Below, one piece after another: positions 8,429 through 15,433 of a DNA stretch of 16,643 nt (within the stretch, counting starts at the first letter, position 1; each line of letters opens with the position of its first letter). The notes beneath the pieces were generated by a model. It was given only the letters and a program-made list of their open reading frames with translations, had not been told where the DNA came from and ran no database searches. The DNA is taken from contig SHMW01000092.1 of NCBI GenBank assembly GCA_008080735.1, positions 1-16,643 on the forward strand, in the 5' to 3' direction. Source of the stretch: Promethearchaeota archaeon. GTDB taxonomy: Archaea; Asgardarchaeota; Lokiarchaeia; Sigyniarchaeales; SOKP01. Made by a program: the position numbers and the translations under genes.

Positions 8429-11400
8429 TTTTTCACCTCCACTGACCCATGGGATCCACTGGATTTATCTAAAGAATGATTAGTTTTGTTTGTGGTGAGA
8501 AATTCCTTTAAAGAAGTATCAATTTTTAAAATAGAATCTCTGGAAGCTAAATGCAATATTCTCATCTCATTTCGCTGAATTTCTTGCATTTTCTGCCTAC
8601 GCCTCTTCTGATAAATTCCATAACTGAGGATTAAAACTAATGCCACACTCATTGGAATTAAAAGAAATAAATATTGTGTGCTGTTCGGTAATGTAACTTT
8701 TATTTGCAATTGATTTGAATATGATGTATTTTGATGTAAATAGTAATATTCTAATGAAGCACTCTGGAGGGTCGAAAGAGATTGAGAGTTTGCGCGTATA
8801 GTATAATTAAAAGATAAGGATTGATTTGGATGTAATACATTTATTTTGAAAATTAATTTACCTTCAATAAGAGAAAATCCCTCTTGGGGGAACCCTAACA
8901 TATCATTAATATTAACATTTTTAATACAAATAGTTCCCTCATTTTTGATTTCTATATTTATTAATATAGTGTCGCCTACCTCTACTTCATTAAGGTTGGC
9001 AATTTTGGTAATGGAGAAATTAATAAAACCAAGTGGGAGAACATTTGAATTTTTAATTTTAATTAAACCACTATCCTGATTTGTAATGAAATTTATAGCA
9101 GGGTATAAATATCCTTTCCAATCAGTTTTATTAAGAGTGATATTATAGGATTTTATTTCATGATATAAAATATTTTCAAAAGCTACAACACCATAATCTT
9201 GCCTTTCTAGATCCCCATACTGATCAGACATAGATATGTTAATTTGACTGATATTTGAGCCTGGGAATGCCACATTTTTAATATTAATTGTGATATTAAA
9301 TGATTCGTTAATTTTTGGATTAGAGACTGAAGTATTTAAACCTATGTCTAAAACATACAGATAAGGAATTTCAAAAATATAATCGATAGATGCTATAAAT
9401 AATTCATAATCGGGATTGGATTTTAGCATTTTTATACTATCATTTTCAAAATTTATCCTACTGGTAGAATTATATTGAATTTTCGTCTCATCGAATTGTC
9501 CTGTATTTGGAATATTAAATTGGAAATCTATATTAACTTGGTCTAAAGGATCTAATTTTTCAATCTCCATCAGAAGGTGATTATCTTTGATTGAAAAATT
9601 TTTTTGGTTTGAGATGATACCTGGAAGTGGTATTTCCACGCTTATATTATGGGCGGTTTCCGAACCAATATTTTTAATTGATAAACTATAATTTGTTTTT
9701 TCCCCTACAACCGCAAAATTTTTCGTTATACTAGCATAACTGACCAATGAAGCCATATTTTCAGTAGAGAGGGTAATAGAATTTGAATAAGAGTAATATC
9801 TTATATTTTCGCTTTCTGAACAATGCTTTAAATTGGATTGTATGGTGTATGGATTAATATCTCGATCCTCAAGAATGATATTAATATTTTGAATTGAGAT
9901 GTTAAATTGCTCAGAATCTTGATTTCTAATTCGAAATAGCAAGGTGTAATCTCCTTGATTGGGTTTATTAAAAATCCAATTGATACTTTCATTATATTTA
10001 ATAATGGAATAAAATCGCGTTTGGTTTTCGATTGTACTTAAATAAGGTTGTAAATTCACAAATTCTTCTGACTCAAAATCAAAAATCTCAAATTGGGTTC
10101 CTCCAGCAGAATCTGTAAGATTTATTTCAAGAGACACTCTGTCAATTGAGTGGTTTTCTAAATCAATAGAAGTTTCATTTGAGGCTAAGAATTGTATTTC
10201 AACTTGTTGCTCTAAATCTTCTTGTTCAGAAAGAATAATCCAGCTTTCATTATCATTCGTTAATGCCATTTTTGGTGTTGTGGAACCATATTGATCTCCA
10301 ACAACTATATTTGGTAGATTTTCTTCAGCATCAATGGTAAAATTGATCGAATTAAATTCGGTGAATGAATCTAAATTAGCGATGGAATAATTTTCAGATA
10401 TGTAGGATATTTTTTCACTTGACTCTAATTTCCAATTCTCTTCATTCCAAACACTATAAATATTTGTGAAAATTGACTTTAAATCATCTGGAGATATCCC
10501 TAAATTTATTATCAAAGTAGGATATCCCCCTGGCGAGGCAAGGATATCGATAACCTCATTCATTTTTTCATTATAGGGATATAAATTAGTAATATTCAAA
10601 GGATTTGGAGAGTAATAATCTGTTGCTCCATCTCCAAAAGTATCAAAAGAAAAGATTTTTGGGTCTTTGTCAAAATTAAAAAATTCTTCTAAAGAATCAT
10701 ATTCATAGTATTGATTATCGACAACCGTCCATATATTGTCTTTAAATTCTTCTGCATATAGAGGATTTCCTCCTTCTAAATATAGCATAATTGGAAATAT
10801 ATCATCTAAGGTAATAGGAATCGGAGTTGGTACGCCCCACGCAGTTTCATTACCTACATTCTGTGCAGTAATATTAAAATCAAACTCTCGGTATGCCCCA
10901 TATGTAGCATTTTCTCCTATTAATTGGGTTTCAAGATTAATATTAGGTTCTGAATCTCTAATTTTATATTTTAATTTATAATCTTCTAATGGTTCTAAAA
11001 TGCCCCCCGGATATGAGTCCATTCCGGTGAATCCTAACATGGGAAGAAAATTAATGATATCAAATTCATCTTCTAAATTCACAGGATTTACATAATTTCT
11101 TTTTAAACCTGCATAATCCCTGAATAAAAGTTCAAATGAATAATTTTCTAAAGTTTCTAAATCAAAATCAATATTTGCTAGATATAAAATCAATCCAAGC
11201 TGATCTAAAAGCTGACTATTGAATTTTGAGTATTTTGGGGTTATACTTGTAATCTCAGAGCATAAAACGTTGGTTTCCAAGACAGAAAGAGAGGCGCCCA
11301 TTAAATTATTGTATATCTTTTCACTCGGCTCCAGATCTTTCTCATCATAAGCTAATGAATCAAATAATTCAAATATATATTCATTTTGACTGACTTTACT

Positions 11401-12354
11401 AAAACCCGTTTTTAATCCTTCATATTGGACTTCAATAATCGCGTAGTGAGAATCATTTTCCATCGAAAATCCGCTTAAATTATCAGTTATCTCTTCTAAA
11501 TCCTCATCAGAAATAGTCTCATTAATTCCTAAAAGTGAACTTACATTCTGGAAAAGGTCCTCATTTTCTTCCAATATTGTGGTAAGTTCGTCTATTGTAT
11601 CTTGAGTACCTCCAACTTCTAAAAATGGTGAAGTTGCAGCACCAGTATTAAAATCTATTTGATCATTACCCATTCTAATTGGTTCTTGGAAAAAATCAGG
11701 GTTATTTATTAACGCATAGGAGATAGAGAGATGGTTTTTAGAATGATATTCTGTTTTCATAATTCTATCTGCATCAAATGCTTTCCAATACCCATCTTTT
11801 GGGATGTTGGTTGTTAGTTCTTCTAATAATACACTCCATTCGGGATAATATCCAATAAAAGGAAAAAAATTACCATCCGATGAATTAACCCTTATAATAT
11901 CAATGTGAAACTTTCTTTTAATGATTTCCAGAGCTCTCTGAGCTCTCTGTTCTGCTTGCGTAGAAGATAAGTCCTTTCCATAATATAAAAACCCAGAAAA
12001 TGAGTTGAAGGTAGTAGCAAAATTCTCTTCAATTCTTCTTGTTGTCAATGGAAGTGGAAATAATGCTGGCTGAATTCCATTAGACGCACTGATAAAAATA
12101 TTGCATTTATAGAACGCGGGATCACTTGTGTCAAATTTTCTAAGGATATTTGTGTCATTAGTGAGTAATGAGTGTTTATGTAGCGATTTGTTTCCCCCGA
12201 TGTACGTACTGATTCTCTCAGCATATAAATCATTACCAGATACATCAGATGTATGTATCTTATTATCATTATGATTCTTAAAATTGTGAGAAATATCTAA
12301 ATTATAAATGAATAAAGGTGAGATAAGAAACAATACCAAAATTATCAATATCAT
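8425..12354 (-). CDS. Large membrane-anchored surface glycoprotein with DUF11/BatD/COG1361-like (TRAP-beta-like) Ig domains; true start may lie slightly upstream
   Basis: 1309 aa with an N-terminal hydrophobic stretch. Four repeats of a [I/A]xN(x)G-type strand motif: TAQNVGNETA, SIKNIGSETA, NIKNVAFPG, EIKNEGTIC. These domains end in SN-type strands. A TM helix at ~1228-1248 is followed by KRRRQK. Many N-X-S/T sequons. Confidence 0.78.
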   Translation of the reverse strand: MILIILVLFLISPLFIYNLDISHNFKNHNDNKIHTSDVSGNDLYAERISTYIGGNKSLHKHSLLTNDTNILRKFDTSDPAFYKCNIFISASNGIQPALFPLPLTTRRIEENFATTFNSFSGFLYYGKDLSSTQAEQRAQRALEIIKRKFHIDIIRVNSSDGNFFPFIGYYPEWSVLLEELTTNIPKDGYWKAFDADRIMKTEYHSKNHLSISYALINNPDFFQEPIRMGNDQIDFNTGAATSPFLEVGGTQDTIDELTTILEENEDLFQNVSSLLGINETISDEDLEEITDNLSGFSMENDSHYAIIEVQYEGLKTGFSKVSQNEYIFELFDSLAYDEKDLEPSEKIYNNLMGASLSVLETNVLCSEITSITPKYSKFNSQLLDQLGLILYLANIDFDLETLENYSFELLFRDYAGLKRNYVNPVNLEDEFDIINFLPMLGFTGMDSYPGGILEPLEDYKLKYKIRDSEPNINLETQLIGENATYGAYREFDFNITAQNVGNETAWGVPTPIPITLDDIFPIMLYLEGGNPLYAEEFKDNIWTVVDNQYYEYDSLEEFFNFDKDPKIFSFDTFGDGATDYYSPNPLNITNLYPYNEKMNEVIDILASPGGYPTLIINLGISPDDLKSIFTNIYSVWNEENWKLESSEKISYISENYSIANLDSFTEFNSINFTIDAEENLPNIVVGDQYGSTTPKMALTNDNESWIILSEQEDLEQQVEIQFLASNETSIDLENHSIDRVSLEINLTDSAGGTQFEIFDFESEEFVNLQPYLSTIENQTRFYSIIKYNESINWIFNKPNQGDYTLLFRIRNQDSEQFNISIQNINIILEDRDINPYTIQSNLKHCSESENIRYYSYSNSITLSTENMASLVSYASITKNFAVVGEKTNYSLSIKNIGSETAHNISVEIPLPGIISNQKNFSIKDNHLLMEIEKLDPLDQVNIDFQFNIPNTGQFDETKIQYNSTSRINFENDSIKMLKSNPDYELFIASIDYIFEIPYLYVLDIGLNTSVSNPKINESFNITINIKNVAFPGSNISQINISMSDQYGDLERQDYGVVAFENILYHEIKSYNITLNKTDWKGYLYPAINFITNQDSGLIKIKNSNVLPLGFINFSITKIANLNEVEVGDTILINIEIKNEGTICIKNVNINDMLGFPQEGFSLIEGKLIFKINVLHPNQSLSFNYTIRANSQSLSTLQSASLEYYYLHQNTSYSNQLQIKVTLPNSTQYLFLLIPMSVALVLILSYGIYQKRRRQKMQEIQRNEMRILHLASRDSILKIDTSLKEFLTTNKTNHSLDKSSGSHGSVEVKK
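8433..8440 (-). promoter_or_regulatory. Shine-Dalgarno site (GGAGGTGA) of the S8 peptidase gene; start overlaps the upstream stop (ATGA)
   Basis: The minus strand reads GGAGGTGA-AAAA-ATGA, a full match to the 16S 3' end UCACCUCC. ATG 8428-8426 overlaps the TGA 8427-8425 of the upstream gene. Confidence 0.85.
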
Positions 12355-12390
12355 ACAATATTTTTTTCTTATAATTTTTCTTCTCTCCTC

Positions 12391-15300
12391 TCACATAGTT
12401 TCTCTATAAATTTCCACAATTTTCTTTTTTCTTGCTTTCCGCAATAACATTTTCATTCCAAAATAAATAAATAGTGCCGATATACTATATATCGTGATAA
12501 CACTTGTCCACGGGAAATAAAATTGGTATGGAATATTGCTTAATAAACTCAAACTCGACCCGAATAACCACCCAGTCGCCCACCCTACCAGGACACCCAC
12601 CGTACCGCTGCTTAACATAATAATTAAAGCTTCCAAAATGAAAAGTCTATTAATTTCTTTTCCTTTTAACCCTAAGGTCCTAATGATGCCTATTTCTTTC
12701 TTTCTCTCAATAATTGAGGAATAAGATGATGAAAGTAGTCCAAATAAACAGATAACTACCGTTGCCGCTAATATGAGCATGAAAAAGGTATCCATAATAG
12801 AGAATGATGCTTCTTGTCGTTCAACAGTTTCTGCCAAATTATTAATATCATAATTATAAATCTCTTTATAGCTAGAATCAATACTCTCTTCAAGGCTACC
12901 CGATAATCCTAAATAGTCCTCTCTTAATCTGATAAAAAACCTATCAACCCACGTCGGTTCGGGGATCTCCATAATATTGAGATAGTTCTCATGAGAAACC
13001 AACACTCCACCATTTCCAGCAGTGCTTGCCGAACCTGTAAATTCTTGAGAAAATCCAGGTATGCTCGAGGCCATTCCTACAACAGTAAAAATGAATCTTT
13101 CGATTTCTTCTCCTCTATGAATTACGATTCTGACTTTATCTCCTAAATCAAAATTAGATTGAATTGCAATCGATTCGGAAATTACACAATACATTTTATT
13201 TTCATCTTGAATTGTTTGGAAAGCAGTATTCATATCTCCACGTGTGAGCTCTAAATATTTATTATCGACCGTATAATGATATCTTTCATCGATCCCAATC
13301 AAAGAGATCTCTTGAGTCGAGAGTCCCGCATAATCTCCAATTTCAACCATAAATTCCTTCTCTTCTTGGGAATATAATTGGTTCAATTGATAAGGTCTTA
13401 TTAAAACTGATGATATCCGCTCTATTCCATTGAAAGTTAATAATTCTTCTTCAAAATCTGTGGTAAATATTTTATCGGGATTTATTTGATTATCACTATT
13501 CTGAAGATTAATTGAGGTGCTAAAGCCCCCAAATCCACCACCGCCTCCAAACATCCCGCCGCTGAATCCCTCATCTTCTTCCCAACCATTAGACTCTATC
13601 AATAAGTCTGACCCATAATTAAGATAAACTCCTGTCTGTACTGTGGAAGAAAGGTCTTCTAATAAAATGGAAGTAAATATAACAAATGAAAAAGAGAGCG
13701 CGAATATAATAATGGTACTTGTGTTTCTTCTCTGATAACGATATACAAATATTCTTACAACTTGTTTTAATCGTCTTGCAATTGGTCTGAAAATACCAAT
13801 TATGAATTTTAAGACGATAGGCATTAACCCTATTCCTGCTAAAGTGACTCCAATAAGGAATATCATTAATACTATAATCATCGTTCCCGCCATTAAGCTT
13901 AAATCCGCAGAAATCAAAATTCTGGGAATTATTAAATAAATAAATCCTCCATTTAATGCAAGGATGATACCCGTTATAATGAGTTTCATATTAACAGAAG
14001 ATTTCTTTTGAAGTTTATATAACGTATCCTCATGACGATACGGATGGATAGATTCGATGATTTGTAATCTCATTACCTTAACAGCAGGAGAGATGCTAAC
14101 TACAAACCCAACACTAATTCCAATTAAATATGCCAAGAGGATCGAGAAAAATGTAAAATTAAAACTTAAAGTTGCCCCACCTAAAATCGCTATATTAGAA
14201 AGCAGAATACTATTTGCGAAGGGTATTATCAGAAACCGTGTTCCAACGAGAGCTAATACTATACCTGAAATTGTCCCAAAATTGCATAACAAAAATCCCT
14301 GTAAAATAACAATTGCTAGGTTATAATATTTATGCGCTCCCAATGTACGAAATATACCAAATTCCCGAATTCTCTCTTCTACTGAAGTTTTTAAAATACC
14401 ATTAATGAGGATACCTGAGATTAACATAGCGATAATTGAGACAAAGACAATTGCTATTGTAAATATCATGCTTAAAATCTCAGAAAAACTAAGAATTTCT
14501 AATTTTGGCAACTCTATATTATACTCTTCTAAGCCTATTGCTAATTGAATAGAGCTTGCGATGGCTACCACCCGCTCTTCTGAACCACTTACATCTCGTA
14601 TATCATACAGATTGCCGGTATCTCTGAATAATGATATCAACTTATAACACGTACCCTCGACACTCTCACCTACTTCATCGCTAAAGATTTCATATAATGT
14701 TTCTATATTTACACAAATCAAGTTCTTATTACGATAATTCGCCGGCCATTTCAAATTATAATCAAATATATATTGAATAGTAAAATTTTTAGTCGGTCTA
14801 TACACCTCATCCCCATGACGTATGATAAAATTGATTTGAATGGTCTCATTTTCCTTGTATTTTATTTCATCATTAAATCCATAGTATATCGCACAATTGT
14901 AAGATGTAAGAGCCTCTAAACCCAAATCCTCATTTTCATCGGGTTTTAGAAAAGTACCAAATCCAATTTGACTTTCAAGAGAAAAGTTTATTCCCGAGAT
15001 GAGTGCTCTTTCTTGGAAATCAGTCAAGTCTCGAGTACCAAAACCCTCTGATATGTTCACATCTCCTTGAACTTCCATCCGAGGGATAAAATACTGGACT
15101 TCTGAGGTAGTTGTCCTAATCTCATCTATAATAGGATTATATGCAAAAAAAGAAGATCTATTAGATGGCTCACCATTATAATGCCGAACAGTTATGACGA
15201 GATCTTGGTCTCCCGCATCTATACTCAGATAATCAACAAATCCCATTGAGATAGAATCAGCTAAAAATAATACTAGAGCAAGCAACCCGACAGAGATTAA

Positions 15301-15423
15301 TATACCAATCGTCCCAAGGATCGTACGGACTTTTTGGGTTTTTAAATCCTTGAATGCGTATTTAAAAATTGTCTTAATATTTACCATAATGTTCTTAGAT
15401 GAATTTTTTGCCTTGACGACCAA
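12391..15423 (-). CDS. ABC transporter permease A, MacB/FtsX (type VII) family, ~10 TM, paralogue of 635..3604
   Basis: 1010 aa from a TTG start (alternative ATG at codon 13). FtsX motifs EERIREFGIFRTLGA and ERKKEIGIIRTLG...EALII, plus RRNTST and YGSDL. Collinear with permease B along its whole length. Confidence 0.93.
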   Translation of the reverse strand: MVVKAKNSSKNIMVNIKTIFKYAFKDLKTQKVRTILGTIGILISVGLLALVLFLADSISMGFVDYLSIDAGDQDLVITVRHYNGEPSNRSSFFAYNPIIDEIRTTTSEVQYFIPRMEVQGDVNISEGFGTRDLTDFQERALISGINFSLESQIGFGTFLKPDENEDLGLEALTSYNCAIYYGFNDEIKYKENETIQINFIIRHGDEVYRPTKNFTIQYIFDYNLKWPANYRNKNLICVNIETLYEIFSDEVGESVEGTCYKLISLFRDTGNLYDIRDVSGSEERVVAIASSIQLAIGLEEYNIELPKLEILSFSEILSMIFTIAIVFVSIIAMLISGILINGILKTSVEERIREFGIFRTLGAHKYYNLAIVILQGFLLCNFGTISGIVLALVGTRFLIIPFANSILLSNIAILGGATLSFNFTFFSILLAYLIGISVGFVVSISPAVKVMRLQIIESIHPYRHEDTLYKLQKKSSVNMKLIITGIILALNGGFIYLIIPRILISADLSLMAGTMIIVLMIFLIGVTLAGIGLMPIVLKFIIGIFRPIARRLKQVVRIFVYRYQRRNTSTIIIFALSFSFVIFTSILLEDLSSTVQTGVYLNYGSDLLIESNGWEEDEGFSGGMFGGGGGFGGFSTSINLQNSDNQINPDKIFTTDFEEELLTFNGIERISSVLIRPYQLNQLYSQEEKEFMVEIGDYAGLSTQEISLIGIDERYHYTVDNKYLELTRGDMNTAFQTIQDENKMYCVISESIAIQSNFDLGDKVRIVIHRGEEIERFIFTVVGMASSIPGFSQEFTGSASTAGNGGVLVSHENYLNIMEIPEPTWVDRFFIRLREDYLGLSGSLEESIDSSYKEIYNYDINNLAETVERQEASFSIMDTFFMLILAATVVICLFGLLSSSYSSIIERKKEIGIIRTLGLKGKEINRLFILEALIIMLSSGTVGVLVGWATGWLFGSSLSLLSNIPYQFYFPWTSVITIYSISALFIYFGMKMLLRKARKKKIVEIYRETM

Positions 15424-15433
15424 CTAGCTATTT

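Noticed and set aside
11930-11950. Short tandem repeat (AGCTCTCTG x2)
   Set aside because: Only two copies, encoding QRAQRA inside a helix; expected by chance and not an array.
284-12269. Other short ORFs (284-505, 814-1002, 3305-3550, 6619-6801, 7719-8039, 8846-9079, 10736-10981, 12045-12269)
   Set aside because: All are fully nested in well-supported long genes, antisense or out of frame, with no recognisable motifs or initiation signals.
12391-12393. TGA as a selenocysteine codon fusing permease A to the downstream gene
   Set aside because: The stop is at the same position as the TAA ending paralogue B (IYRETM* versus IFRQTF*), there is no redox-motif context, and I could not identify a SECIS. 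Only generic readthrough is kept as a minor alternative.
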